A stretch of DNA of 64,000 nucleotides, taken from Chiloscyllium plagiosum. Taxonomy: Eukaryota. Under the pieces are notes generated by a model. The model was not told where the DNA came from. It was given only the letters and a program-made list of their open reading frames with translations, and did not search any database. A program made the translations under genes and the position numbers. Position 1 is the stretch's first letter, and the number at the start of each line of letters is the position of its first letter. Positions 49,815 through 63,620 of this stretch are shown here, one piece after another. The stretch is from contig NC_057732.1 of assembly GCF_004010195.1 (NCBI RefSeq), forward strand, positions 31,408,048-31,472,047. The letters are read 5' to 3'.

Positions 49815-51835
49815 CCAGGAGAGGAACTGCACATTCTTAGATACAGAGAAAAGCTCCTATACTTTTCAACTGCAAGTAATAACACTGTCCCCCTTAAACA
49901 CTTATAACCAGGTCCAGTATAAAGTTGACCAGAGTAAGTTTACTCTGCTCTTTTAAACTGAAAGTAAATCCTTCAGCATTCTCCCCATCAGACACTCCTA
50001 GGCCTGATGAAACATGGGATTAGATGCAGAGTAAAACTACCCCTACTGTTTTTAAGCTGAAAGCAAACCTCCTGCACAGTCTCCATCAAACACTCCCAGT
50101 ACGGTGACTGCCTGGGTTAGATATAGAGTAATGCTACCTCTGTTGTCCACCTCGGACATCCCCATGACTGGAGTAGAAACTGAGTAAAGCTCTATCTACT
50201 CTTTTTCAACTAAACGTTATTAGAAAGTAGAGCTTCACTACCTTTTAAAACCGAAGTTAGAGCTGCCTGCACTCTTTTCAATGTAAAGTAAAGCTCTCTA
50301 CTTTGTCCACATTGAACGGTTCAAGGACAGCTACTGCACTGGGTTCGATAGAGTAAAGCTGTCTCTGCTGTTTTTTTTTACAAAAGTAAATGGAAGGTAA
50401 AGCCCCCCCCCCTAAACTTTTTAAACAAAGTAATTGTTTCTCAAAACAGTCTCCATCAAAATCTCTTAAGTGCAGGGACAACATGAGGTTAGATGCAGAG
50501 TAAAGCACTCTCTACTCTTTTGGACTGAAAATAAGTGTCCCTTGACAGTGCCCTCATTGAATAGTCCCAGGTCAGGTACAGCGCAGGGTTAGATACAGAA
50601 TATGTTCCCTCTACTCTTGAAAGTAAAAATTTTCTACCCTTTTAAACCCTTTCAAGCTCCCTCTATACTTTCCCCATCAAACACTTACAGGACAGCATAA
50701 GGTTAAATACAGAGCAAAGCTTTCTTTTAAGTTCATTCACAGGATGTGGGCATTGCTGGCTAAGCCTGCATTTATACTTAGCAGCATTTATTGGCCAGAT
50801 TGCCCAGAGGGTAGTTAAGAGACGACCTTGTTGCTGTAGATCACATGTTGGCTAGACTAGGTAAGGATGACAGTTTCCTTCCCTAAGAAACATGAGTGAA
50901 CCAGATGGGATTTTCCAACAATTGACAGTGGATGCATGGTCACCGTTAGACTCTTAATCCAGATTTTTATTAAATTCAAAACCCATCCTCTGCTGCGGCA
51001 GGATGTTACCAAGGTCCCCAGAACGTTACCCAGGACTCTGGATTAGTAGTCCAGTGATAATACCATGAGGTCATCACCTTCCCTATATTTGTAGACTGAA
51101 GGTAATACTCCCTCCACCCTGTTTGTCTTCATTAAATTCTGCCTAGACAGGTGAAACATGGGGTTAGATGCTCCTGCTACACTGCCCCATTGAACACTTC
51201 CAGGACAGGAACAGCATGGGCTTAGATACAGAGTAATGCTTCCTGTCTGAAAGTCCAGCTTCATTGACACTGTCGCCATCGACCCCTCTCAGGACAGGTA
51301 CAGCACAGGGTTAGATACATAAGAATGCTGTTTCTACTTTTTAAAACTGAAAATAAAGCTGCCTCCATACAGTCTGTGTCAAACATCTCCAAGACATTAA
51401 AAGGATATTTGGATGAGTAAACAAATAGGAAAAGTTTAAAGGGATATGGGCGAAATACAGGCAAATGGGACTAATTTAGTTTGGGAAACCTAGTTGGTAT
51501 GGATGAGTTGGACTGAAAGGTCTGTTTCCATGCTCTGTGACTGTATGGCTTTATGGCTCTATGACAGGGACAGCACAAAATTAGATAATGTAAAGCTATT
51601 CTGATTCTTTCAAACAGAAATAAAGGTCCCATGATACTATCTCTATCGAACACGCTCTGCACAGGTACAGAACAGTGTTAGATGCAGAATAAAGATCCTT
51701 CTACTCTTTTAACATGAAAGTAAAACTGCCTTTTTAAGTTGAAAGTAAAGCTATCTCAACACTGTCCCATAAACACACTCAGGGCAGGTACAAATTGGGT
51801 TAGATACAAAATAAAGCTTCCTCAACTCTTTTTGA
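49815..51835. repeat. Degenerate tandem satellite (core ggttagatacagagtaaagct..ctctac..tgtccccatcaaacactcccaggacaggtacagc), interrupted by LINE fragments at ~50725-51080 and ~51390-51562
   Basis: More than a dozen recognisable copies of the core. Confidence 0.85.
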
Positions 51836-51899
51836 AATATGAAGTCAAATAATAATGAAACAGCCTTTGCTTGGGCACTGTATCAAAATAAAACACAAT

Positions 51900-54800
51900 T
51901 TAGCATTTGAATGAAAGTTTGTATAATAAAAACAAAACCTTATTAAATTAAAATCATATTGTCTGGGCTGATGATGCACCCCAGCCTCTGTGATGCCCAC
52001 CGGTCTCTAAAGGCCGCTATTGTGCCTAAGAGCACTTTGTTCTCTTGCTCCCGCTCGCTTCCCCTTGTCTGACTCACTCCCTCACTCGTTTCTTCTGGAA
52101 TACCCAAGTGTGGACATGACCATGAAAGAGGGACAGACAGACAGTCAGGATCAATAAGTCTGTCCACAGTCCACTACCTGGACCTTTTGATGACCACATT
52201 GCCAGGTCCGGGAACAGAATCATGAGATGATTGCTCCTTGCTGCACCAGGTGTCTGTAGATCAGGAGTGTGGGACAGACTTGCAACCAAAATTTAAGGAG
52301 CAACTTCTTTTTTAAAAAAACTAAAAAGCGACTGCAAACAGAAACATTTTGATATATATAATGTAAAACCATTTCCTCCAGTCCACAAAAACAGCATGTG
52401 GCTTGGCACCCACTGAACTTACTCAATTCACAATTGCACAGGATTGCCACGTGCAGCAGTCTGCACTTCAGATTCCCAATTGAATAGGGATGGAACCATT
52501 TGTAGAGGGCTCTCCACTGGCGATCTCTGCCACTGGAAGGCAAAACATCACGCCAAAGCAAAGCCTGCGGTAGGCGAAGTTGGCGAAGTAGACAATGTGT
52601 AGTAGCAGCTCCCACAGGAATTGACGCCATTTGATGTAATAGCACTCTTTACATCTATAAACTTTGACCTCGCCAAGAATACTATTGCCACAGTATTGGA
52701 TGAAGTGAATACTAGGACTCAACACATCAATAACATCCTCACCAGAATAAAGTTCACCTAAAGAAGAGGAGAACAACTACACACTCTCCTTCCTGGACTT
52801 GTTAGTGGAATGCACACCTACTGGTGAACTCCAGCAGAGCAAAGATGGGCTCCCAGGTAGAGGAGGTGAATGGTACTCCACGTTAAGTACCAGAGCTCCT
52901 CCAGCAGATGTCCATCCACCATGGATAAACCAGAAATCCTCAACATTTACACTAGGTGAGTCTCAGAGTACGGTGCAGAGTAGACGTCTTGGCACTTGCA
53001 CATCCTTCACAAGTGAGCTAGATCCATGAACATGAGCATGTCGTTGGCATATGCTGAAAGGATTATCCCCAGCCCTAGCCCGTGCAGAATCAGATATGAT
53101 AATTGCTTCTGCAAGAGGTACAGGAATGATTCCACACAGTACAATTGATCGGAATGTGACAGTCTGATGCACTCCATAGTGAAGCTTAGGGACCCATTAA
53201 CCTTCTGCGGCAATGTACTAAAGTCCGATCCGATGTGACAAAGTGGGGTCGGACCCTGGACCCCAAAGCTTTTAAAAATCCCGAACGGACACTTGTGATC
53301 TACCCTGATGAATGCCTTTCACTAATGAAAGGAGAGAAAGATGCTCAACAAGCCACTTTTCTGGGAATGATGACCATATCCCAAACCATGTGAATAATAT
53401 TGTGAATGCTCTGATCTGGTTGAATCATGAGATCCAGCGTAGTGCCAAGGCAAGGAGAAAGCACCTGTCATACGTGCTAAGGAGGAAGACTGTGAGAATG
53501 TGTATCGGGTATGATCAGATAAGGAAAGACTTTAAGTTTTGAGTTTTGTGAGACAGCAGTTCAGCTAAGCATGACTCCGGTCAGATAAGAACTTGCAGTT
53601 AACAATGGGGTGCTGGAGGCAATGGTAATGGGTTAACAAGGTGGAAAAGCATTCATTATATAGAGCCATTTAACAATATTGGAAGCTTTCAGTATATAAG
53701 GTTAGTTTAACAAGGTGAAAAGTATTCATTATGTGAAGCCAGTTAAGGTTAAGAACATTAATTGTGTAACACCAGATGGCTTAATCTTTGCTGTTGACAC
53801 TCCCTGATTCTAACGGTCACACAATCAATATGTATGTTCTCTTATCTGGATGCTTCTCCCTGTAAAATGACTATATAATTCACTTAAGAAATTGCTGTTC
53901 CAGAGAAGACCAAGAACTCATGTCCCTGTGCACATGGGCGATCGTTCTCTCTCCCTCCAGGGCCCAGAATAAAGATGAAGGAGGTGAAACTACTGTGTCT
54001 CTGAGCGTTTTGCTTCGACTGAGGGGAGGAAACAGGGCGACAACCAGATATCAGTTTTTTAGCAAATAGAGACATCCCCTTGGGCAACAGAGTAATGATA
54101 GTTCTGTACCGAGAAAGAGGCATCTCTCTGATCGCAATACACCTGGAGAGCCAGTCAAGAGTGGCAGTCAGCTCCTTCAGGATCAGAATGCAGTGAGCCC
54201 TATGGAAGTCTGTGAGTTGACCAACAACTGATCCTCCCATAGAACTTTGTTAGTTTCCTTGCTGGATGGATCCAGGAGAGAAAGCAGAAGTCCCTTACTT
54301 GGGCTTTGGTGCCTCTTGATCTGAGATGTGAGATCCGTCATTGGCCAGCTGCACAAGGAGTTGCTGGTAGACGCCACGCTTTTCTTCAGTGAGTAGCAGA
54401 AGGGGACGTTGTGGTCTAGATCCTTGAGGATCCTTGTGCTCTAAGACCCAGTGTGATGCAGGTCTTGGAGCATGTCCTTCTTTTTGGATGCCTCCCACAA
54501 GGCTGAGTCCTCATCTAGCTGTCTGAGATGTGACTCTGGGTCGAGCATCCCTTTCCAGTTTGTCGATCATGGATTTCTGCCTCTTTCTGGACCTCTACAT
54601 GTGCTGCTGTCAGAAGACCACTTCCCACCATAACCTTCAGGAGGTGTCAACAGAGTAGTATTCACTGCTCTAAGCTCTGAAGTTTCACCTGAAATGTTGG
54701 GGCCACTGGATGGCAGCAGGTCGGAATCTTGCTCTGCTTCTGGCACTGGGTCACCCTCCATGATGGGGAAAAAATCTCGATTTTAGGGTGGCGGTACCAA

Positions 54801-55170
54801 AACAAAGATCTGGGAGGGAACAAAGGCTCTGTTCAACCACCTAGGATCCCATCAGTTTGGGTGTTGCCACTGCATTCCCCATCAAGGTTACGCAGCTCTT
54901 TAGGGCATTCTAGGTGTTTGGCATGGACATGAACTCAGTGGCCATGCCACTTAATCTCTGCCCAGTCCAGTTGCGCAGGAGACTGTGTTGGTGGGTTTTA
55001 GGATCAGGAAGAGCAGTTTTCTGGGGTTCCCCACTGTTTCATTGCTATGGGGTAGTTATAGTTTTTGCTTCCCTTTTTTCCAGGAGTACTGAGGAGCTAG
55101 GAAGAACTGTCTCTCCAATTCCCTACTGCCCTCCCTCCTTTACAATCTCTCAACCTCTTCAGCATACCTA
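51900..55170 (-). mobile_element. Tx1/L1-clade LINE, decayed
   Basis: RTIITLLPKG, KAF.RVDH, LSAYANDM (AYADD) and C-terminal WRALY...C.FCGLEE.V.H zinc finger. Confidence 0.8.
53547..54053 (+). mobile_element. Solo LTR (507 bp) inserted in the Tx1 LINE
   Basis: TG...CA ends, 4-bp TSD gttt (53543-53546, 54054-54057), TATATAA ~53872, AATAAA 53968; removal restores LINE peptide LPKG...LLKN. Confidence 0.75.
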
Positions 55171-55199
55171 ATGGAGGTGCCATCCTGGTGATGCTGTAA

Positions 55200-57070
55200 A
55201 ACTACCTGCATGTCAAAGCGCTAAAACAGCAAGTGCCTGATAGAGCTAAGTGATCCTAGAATTAACAGATCAGATCCAAGTTCTACACTCCTACTGTATC
55301 TAGTCATGAACAGTGGTGGCCAGTCAAACAACCCATTGATGGGAGAGTGCAGCACATCAGCCAGAAGTGCTTAGTGGGTAATCCATCTCCGCTTCCTCAA
55401 GAGGTCTGGGTAGATGCCAGTCTTCAGCTAACTTGATACACTCCAATATGATATAAATAAACAGGTGGAGCCACTGGATACTGCAAAGACTATGGACCCT
55501 GACTACATTTTGGCAATAGTGCCAAAGATTTCTGACTCAAAATTTGCTGCTATCTTCACCTGTCTATTCCTGTGCAGCTATAATCTAACCAATTATCACC
55601 TTTTGCCTCAGTGAAGTGATGCAAGGTGTCTTCCATTGTGTTATCAAGTGGCACCTAATCACTGATACCCAGATTGGGTTCACTAGGACCGCTTGGCTCC
55701 TGACCTCATTGCAGCCTTGATTCAAATGTGGGCAAAAGAAATGAGGCTGTATTTGACCTACTGTGGTATCATGGAGCACTAGTAATTGGGGAAAAGTCTT
55801 CCCTACTTGGAGACCAGTGCAGCACATAGTGGTTGTGGTTGTTGGATGTCAGTCAACTCAGCATGAGTTTCATTGAGTAATGTCCTAGATCCAACCATTT
55901 GCAGCTGCTTTATCAATGACCTTCCTTCTATCATAAGTCAGAACTGGGGGTATTTGAAAATTGTTCAGCACCATTTGCAGCTCATCACATACTGAAGCAG
56001 TCCATGTCTAATTCCAAAACCTGTGCCCACACCTCCCCCTTCACGACCCTCGAAGGCCCCCAAATGAGCCTTCCACATCCATCAGCGTTTTACCTGCACT
56101 TCTGCACATGTCATTTACTGTATTCGTTACTCCTGATGTGCTATCTACATTGGGGAGATGGGGCGCCTACTTGCAGAATGCTTCAGAGAACCTCTCCAGG
56201 ATACCTGCACTAACCAATCCATCACCCCGTGGCCGAACACTTCAACACTCCTTCCCACTCCACCAAGGACATGTACATCCTGGGCCTCCTCCATCATTAA
56301 ACCCTAACCACCCGATGCCTGGAGGAAGAACACCTCATCTTCTGCCATGGGACCCTCCAACCACATGGGATCAATGTGGATTTCACCAGTTTCCTCTCAC
56401 CCCACTCACCACCTAATTATCTCTCCACTCCCTTGGCTCACCAGGTTCATTCCTGCTGAAGGGCCTTTGTCCAAAACTTTGATTCTCCTGCTCCTCGGAT
56501 GCTGCCTGACCTGCTGTGCATCTCCAGCACCACGCTCTTGCCTCTGATCTCCAGCATCTGCAATCCTCACTTTCTCCTTGGTCTACAAGGCACAGTCAGG
56601 AATGTGACGGAATATTCCTCACTTGCCTGGATTATTGCAGGTTCAGCAGTGCTGAGGAAGCTTGACATCGTGCAAAACAAAGCAGCCACTTGTTTGTCTG
56701 TGGATGTGGTGCTCATCAATCTTTTCACTTGCGCTCAGTAGTAACACTATACAATCGACAAGGTGCATTGCAGAAATTTGCCAAAGAGTCTTAAAACCTT
56801 CCAAACCCACGTCCTGTTTCAGATATGTGGCAACAGCTCAGTCCGCATGTTCCCTTCCAAGCCAATCACCATCCCGACTTGCAAATATCTCATCTTGCTG
56901 GTTCAAAATCCTGGAATTCCCTCTTGAAGGGCATTGTGGGTCAACCTACAGCACATCGATTCCAATGGTTCAAGAAGACAGTTCACTGCCACCTGCTGTA
57001 GGGCATCTCTGGATGGGCAGAAAATGCTGGTCCAGCCGGTGCCACCAACATCTCACAAGTGAATAGAGGG
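55200..57070 (+). mobile_element. Old L2/CR1-like LINE with a nested Penelope
   Basis: KTMDPD.I, FINDLPSII remnants; 3' tail shared with ~15800 and ~42230 fragments. Confidence 0.6.
56008..56578 (+). mobile_element. Penelope-like element fragment (GIY-YIG + pLTR)
   Basis: VIYCIRYS*CAIYIGEMGRLLAECFRE; pLTR end matches the arms of the 9443 and 20340 hairpins. Confidence 0.8.
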
Positions 57071-60000
57071 AAAAGAAATCTGCAGCATTTACATGGATTT
57101 TGTAAATAAATACTTTTGTATTTTAGTACTGAAACAGTGTATTATTGACCTATGTCTAAGTAAATTCAAAGCTTGTGCTTGACAAAGAAAAGTATAGCTC
57201 CTTTATGCAAGAGCCATTAGCTAAACCTCCATTGATTTACCCATGCGTTTGTTTGTTCCTATTAGAAAATAAGAAAAGTTTGAAACCGTTTAGGAATGGT
57301 GAGATTTATGCATAATTTGCAGTCTATATTGCTGGCGTGGTGCTGCAAATAATTTTACCCCAAGGTGTTTGTAAAAGTGAATAACAGACAGTTTAAAAAA
57401 AAATTATATAAATTATTGCGCACTTGATACTTGAAGCACCTCCTTGTAAATCTTGAAGAGAAGTTCCAATTTGTCATGAATACTTCAAATGTGAGCTATA
57501 AAATAAGTTATCTGTTGATTTTTATTTAAAAATAACACCAGTAATAACGATCTGAGTTGATGTTACTGGGCAAGTCCGATCCTGTACTGAAATCTGGCTT
57601 GATAGGTCATATTGTGGTTTTATTCTATTTTTAATGAGAGTCTTTTATTGAACCACAATATAATAATGCAAATTTGAATTTAACAAGAAAACAGAAGCTT
57701 ATTATTACAAAAGAAATGAAAATAAAATAGAACAAACCAACTATTTATACCCAACACAAATATTTGAAGATTTCAAAACATCTGGTGAAATGGAATTCTA
57801 TTAATGTCATGAACAGCCCTTTTACATTACTCACTCCAGAGAGGATTCCCTTCTCTTTCACATCTTTAAGGCTTAATTTAACTGTGATTTCATATCTCTA
57901 TCTGGAAGAGCTGATAGACTCTTCCTGGAGTCTTTGTATGATCAAGCTTAGACTTTGTCAGCTTCACATAACCCTTCAGGGTTGTAACTGACTTCGATCT
58001 GCAACTTAAAAACGAAACTCAACCCAAGAATCATTCTCTCAATAATCCTAAAGTATTGTACCTCCCTTTCTGTGGAGCAACTGTTTAACACATCCAGCTT
58101 CAGCCAAGATTTTTTTAAAGCTGCCCAAACCTAAAGTAAAAATGTTTTTCTTTCCCCACGCTACTGTTGCTTCATCTAATTAAAAAGGAAAATAAAACCA
58201 CCCTGAACCTTAAACTGAAATGCACAACTGTTTGTTTTGTTCAATCGTTTAAAAATCTCCCTAGTTCCTGCCTAATCTATGTCTGACATTTTTAAAAAAA
58301 TGTCACCATGGCTACAGGAAAACCAACAGGTCAATCATGACACCCCTTCAGGTGCACACACACTGCATGTGACACCATTCAAAACCTAAAAATCTAAAAG
58401 AAATGAACATTAAAATAATACAAAATACACTTTGCAGCACAACATTCATATTCGGAATCTTCATATTATTAAGCAAAGCAGAATCTCAATTACAGAAATG
58501 TACCACCAGGGGGAATAGTTAACAAACAAGTGACAACAGACACAATTTGAATTTGGTGATTAGCTTGTGATTTATAGCATGCAGCACCCAGGGGAACTTA
58601 AATCATGCTTTTTGTATTTTGTTTTAACTGCAAATTACAATACTATGACTGCTGGTGTTTCTGACCCCCTGCCAGTTCTACAACTGTCCTGATTAGATGG
58701 AGGAAAAACACTTTTTCGGCCATGTGTTTCCTGAGTGTTATTGTCACTTTAAGATTGCTAATGGGTGGTGGGACTTTCAATCTTATGCAGGAATTTATGT
58801 TTTTAATATTTTTTCAATATATCAGTAGATATTCAGGTGAATGGTTGTGGCTGCATTTATCATTAACCAATGTTGTCAGTACATTAAAGGCTTAAAGTCT
58901 TGTCACCAAAGCACGGCAGGAAAGATTGAATGCTATTTTTAATCTTTCAATGACTCACTTCTATTAAATTGCTTACACAGGAACCATCTTCATTAGTCAC
59001 AGATGTTACCCCATAATCTTACATAGTTAAGGTTTGGAAGGACAAAATGTGTAATGTGTTGCTTGCCTTTTTACAGTTGTAGTGAAATCATCTAAAGAAT
59101 TCTCACATACTGCACTTTATTCTTCTGAAATCTGCCTTTTGTTATTATATAATTAAACCAAAGGAAGCCCAGTGGCTCTGAGCAGGATCCCTATCTCTAT
59201 TATGGGAAACTATGCCATTTGATAATGTAACTTTAAATGAACTCAATTAGTTTGTAGATTAATATGGTGAGTCTGAGTGATTTTTATTTTCTTGTGCTAT
59301 GCATTTGCTATTGAAGTGAAAGTTTCCTTAACAGGATGCTGTAAAAATATGTTCTATGTACTACAGAATTGAGCAGCATGTGTAAATTTCAGTGCTGGCA
59401 TGATGCCAGGCAAGCGGGCCATAAATCCCAGTGATTGGCTAATTGAATTAAACACATATTCCTTTGATTACGTACAATAGGCAGAGCTCATGCATTCAAA
59501 ACAAAACAAGTGCTTCTGTGTTTGGGCAGCACTTCCTGAACAGCCCTGAATGTGCTACTAGCTTGCTAACAACCTATTTAAAATAATCAGTTGATCCTAT
59601 AATGAGCTTTGTTTAATTGCTAGAAGTTACATATGAATCTTACGCAGAATTCAGTTCTCCGTCAACGAATGAAACGTGCTCATGTTTTGCATCTTCTTTG
59701 AGTTATCTGGGAGCTTGGACAGCCTATGGTTCCAGGTTGTTTTATCCTTGACAATGTCTAAACCAGCGACATTCTTTTCTTCTGTAGTATAAATTGCTAT
59801 GATGGTTTGTTTGAAATTTCACATTTTTGCATTTGCCCTGATGCATGCAAGATCAAAAGCTTCAGCAATATGTCTTCCCGTTTGGCAGTGGTCAGATCAA
59901 TATTGTAATCATCCATACAGTCCCCATCAATCATGCACATGAAGGCTTTAATAGAGTTCATCCAGATTAGTTGATTGTGATCTGTCCTTAACAAATGTAA

Positions 60001-61110
60001 TCATTATGCACTTTTCATTCTTTCACTAACTTCAATAACTTTCACATGACTACTAGGTCACAATTACCTTGAATCAATCTCTTTCCTATCACAAATAATG
60101 AGTGGTATGTTTTAACCAAAGGTCTAATAGCTGAATAGCTTTTGGAAAGCTCTTTATTAACCTATATAGTTTCTGCTTTGTTTCTCAATATTTGGCTGTG
60201 ACCATCCAACATTGAAGCTTCATCCATCATAGCTCCGTATTATTTTCTCCAGTATCCTTTTTCTGCTGTTAAATTCATCAGTATCCCTTCCTCAGCCTGT
60301 GTAATGCTGCGTTTTGTCATTTTTAACTTGCAAATGTACTCTTTTTACATCTCTTCTCACCTCTTGCACTTTTTTCTCCTCCATAACGATATCTTAAAAG
60401 AAAATTGCCAAGTTATGTGCTGCCTGAAGTCAATTTTTTTTTCACATTAGCCCTATTGGCCCTCAGCAGAATCTTGGCAAATATGTTTTGTTGTTCAAAT
60501 GTTTTCACGCAATCCTGCAGTCAATCAACCTTGTACTTCTAGTCGCTTGCAAATTCCACTAACAGATCAGACATCACTGAATTTAATACTTTGGGAAATC
60601 ATGGAAACTTAGAATGAAGGAGGCCATTTTGGCCCTTCATGTCAATGCTGGGTCTCATGATCACAGGCTTTATGGTTCAAGTCTGAAATATTTGCATAAT
60701 TCTTTTACTTTTTCCTGGTCAATAGTTTTCTCTTTGAGAGGATTTTAAAATGTTTTTAATTCAATGTTTTCAGACTGAACTATCAAAAGGCAACAAATCA
60801 AAATAATGTCAGGGATATAGACCAGAAAGTCCAACCAATCTATTGCTGTACTAAGAAGACATTGGACATTTTATGTTGTGAAATAGCTGCAGCAGGTTAC
60901 TTTCAGATTATGTTTAATTTCAATTTTTCCAAATTAATAAATCTTGAGGATATCAGGATCAAACAATAAATCTTTAGAAAACCCAATGTGGGTGGAAAGG
61001 TTTTTTAAAATGAAATTCAGTTTGCTACATTGTATGGAAATATTATAATTTTGAAGACTTTGCTCATTGTTGAATCCATAATTTCTGCTTTTGTCTTGTA
61101 TGCTTTCCAG

Positions 61111-61203
61111 GCTCATAAAGTCCAAGTCCATAGCAAAGGTGGGAAAGTGATTTGTCGAGGAACAATCCATGGAAATGTAGACATACAGACCTCTGATAAA
61201 GGA
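61111..61203 (+). CDS. FAM185A: FAM185A coding exon 3 (93 nt, AHKVQVHSKGGKVICRGTIHGNVDIQTSDKG); gene continues beyond the window
   Basis: Matches human QKLHVQTKGGKVICLGTVYGNIDIHASDKS; tgctttccag| and GGA|gtaagt. Confidence 0.94.
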
Positions 61204-61286
61204 GTAAGTTAAAGAAACCATTTTATTTAGCAACTTTAATGATTAGTGATGCACATGAACTATAAGATAAACAATCCCCTCATATA

Positions 61287-61741
61287 CAGAGGAACTTCGA
61301 TTATCCGAACAAGGTGGGAGGGCATTATTTAGTTCAGATAATTGATTATTCGGTTAATTGGTTTCCTATGGGGCTCTGAGTTTTCTGGAAAGTCTGCTCC
61401 CCGTTCAGGAGAGTAGATAGCAGCACACCCGCATGTGAACCCCGCCTGCCCTCAACCCTCATCTGCCTCCCCACGCCTCTATGTAGACTCCAGGAAAAGT
61501 CGGGGGGGGGAGGGTGAGTTCGGGAGGTCAGTCACTTGGAGAAGGTGCCTGGACTGTCCAGGACTATTCTCAGCAGCATTTCAGTGAGCTGAGTTTGTTT
61601 TTAATCATTGTACCTGTAAACAAAAGACGCAGTCAGGGTGGAAACAGCTCTTTGATGTAATGTTTCTATTGGGATCTTATGATCCCCTTCGGATAATTCG
61701 AAATTCAGATAACTGGTATTCGGATAATCGAGGTTCCTCTG
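61287..61741. mobile_element. Tigger/pogo-type MITE, 455 bp
   Basis: 23-bp TIR cagaggaac(t/c)tcgattatccgaa (22/23 identical), TA TSD on both sides. Confidence 0.9.
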
Positions 61742-61794
61742 TATGTGTGAAAAGTTGGTATGTTGCTATTATGGGCATTTAGAATAAAATCATA

Positions 61795-62262
61795 GGTAGT
61801 GTGTAGGTTTGCTCGCTGAGCTGTAGGTTTGATATCCAGACGTTTCATTACCTGGCTAGGTAACATCAACAGTGGCGACCACCAAGTGAAGCGAAGCCGT
61901 TGTCTCCTGCTTTCTATTTATATCTTTCTCCTGGATGGGGTTCCTGGGGTTTGTGGTGATGTCATTTCCTGTTCGTTTTCTGAGGGGTTGATAGATGGCA
62001 TCTAGATCTATGTGTTTGTTTATGGCATTTGTGGTTGGAGTGCCAGGCCTCTCGGAATTCTCTGGCATGTCTTTGCTTAGCCTGTCCCAGGATAGATGTG
62101 TTGTCCCAATCGAAATGGTGGTTTTTTTCATCTGTGTGTAGGGCTACGAGGGAGAGGGGGTCGTATCTTTTTGTGGCTAGCTGGTGTTCATGTATGCTGG
62201 TGGCTAACTTTCTTCCTGTTTGTCCTACTTAGTGTTTGTGGCAGTCCTTGCATGGAATTTTA
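61795..62262 (-). mobile_element. Penelope-like element 3' fragment (GIY-YIG + pLTR with hammerhead)
   Basis: IPCKDCHKH*VGQTGRKLAT.IHEHQLATKR...HHFDWDNTSILGQAK; CCA-CUGUUGA-U-GUUACCU(AGCC)AGGUAAU-GAAACGUC-UGG at 61875-61836. Confidence 0.85.
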
Positions 62263-62759
62263 TGTCCTGACCAAGACAACCCACACCTCCTTAAAGTCTG
62301 TTTCCCATATCTAGCATTGCATCTTACTCTGTCACTTACCTTACATACTGAACCTTTCACAGGGACTGTCAAAGTAGCTGGTTACGCTGCTGGGCATTTA
62401 ATTCCCAGAGCAGGGACACTGACAAAATAAAGGCATGTGATTTCTATGAAGTTTTTCTCATTGTTTTATTTGTCGAATCTTGGACAGCGATTTGTAACAG
62501 GAGGCCCCTGTCCAGGAATTTCAATCACAGAACTCATTTAGCATAATTGGTAACTATAATCTGATCAGGATCAAAAATAGGTTTTTCAATTCTGATCTGA
62601 CTATCTGGACCACATTGCCTTTGTTTAAGATGAGAGATGTTGTGTCCAGGGCAATATAGACCAGTCAGCTCAGAACTAACTGTAGGTAAAATATTTGAGT
62701 CCCTACGAAAGGAGAAAATAGAAAATCATCTAAACCAAAAATATAATAATGAACTGTCA

Positions 62760-63620
62760 GCATGGATTTCAAAGAAATATCTTGTTTTTCAATTTTTTAA
62801 AAGAATTCTTTGAAGAGGTAGCAGAGAGAAAACAGAGATCAGAGGTACTTTATTTAAGGCCTTTTGAAGATTATCATATGATGGATAATGGGTGAAATGA
62901 GAGCATGTAGTATCAGGGCAATTACAGAATGAATAGTTGACTAAGGAGCAGAGACGATAAGTGAAGGGTGGCTGTTCAAAGTAGTAGAAAATAGGGTTCA
63001 CAAAAACTAGTGCTGGGAATGTCATTGTTCACAATTAACATAACTAACAGTTACTTTGAATCAAACAAAATTTCTTAATTTACAGGCATCACCAAAGTAA
63101 GGATGGACAACACTTAGGGAACTACAAAAATTGCTCAAAGACGTTAATGAAGTTGCCAATTTTATGTCCATTCTGCCAATAAAATTGTATGTAGACTAAT
63201 AAAATATATTTTGGATAGATAAAATAACTCTCATGTCACTTAGAAAATGAAAATCCAGATGGGTAGAGGAACAGTAGATTTGAGAATACAAATGCACAAA
63301 GGAAGAGAAGCAGGATGTTACATCATCAAAAAATGGCATCAAAATAGGAACCAACATTATCCCGCCCACTTCCAAGTTTGACAACAAACAGAGCTTCCCC
63401 TTGCAGCAGCTGTGCAAGTTATTCAAATAAGTAATGAAGTTTTACTTTAACACTGCAATCTGGTTTGAACAGCCAGCAAATAGATTCTCCAAGCTGTCTG
63501 TATCTCATGAGGGTGCATGAGTTCAGAACACAGCAAAGAGTTCAATGAAATTGACATGCTTAAAAACTGAATTTGTTAAACTTATGTTTGGCCGCAGTGG
63601 AAGCCTTGTGTTTATAAGGT
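62760..63620 (+). mobile_element. Very old CR1 remnant
   Basis: Traces of GFQRN..LF, Y.KAF and SAGNV.VHN; heavily decayed. Confidence 0.4.

Noticed and set aside
49815-51835. CRISPR-like repeat-spacer array
   Set aside because: Vertebrate DNA; units are wholly repeated and degenerate, with no unique spacers or cas genes
57561-58538. Possible ~1-kb solo LTR (TGT...ACA)
   Set aside because: No matching TSD identified
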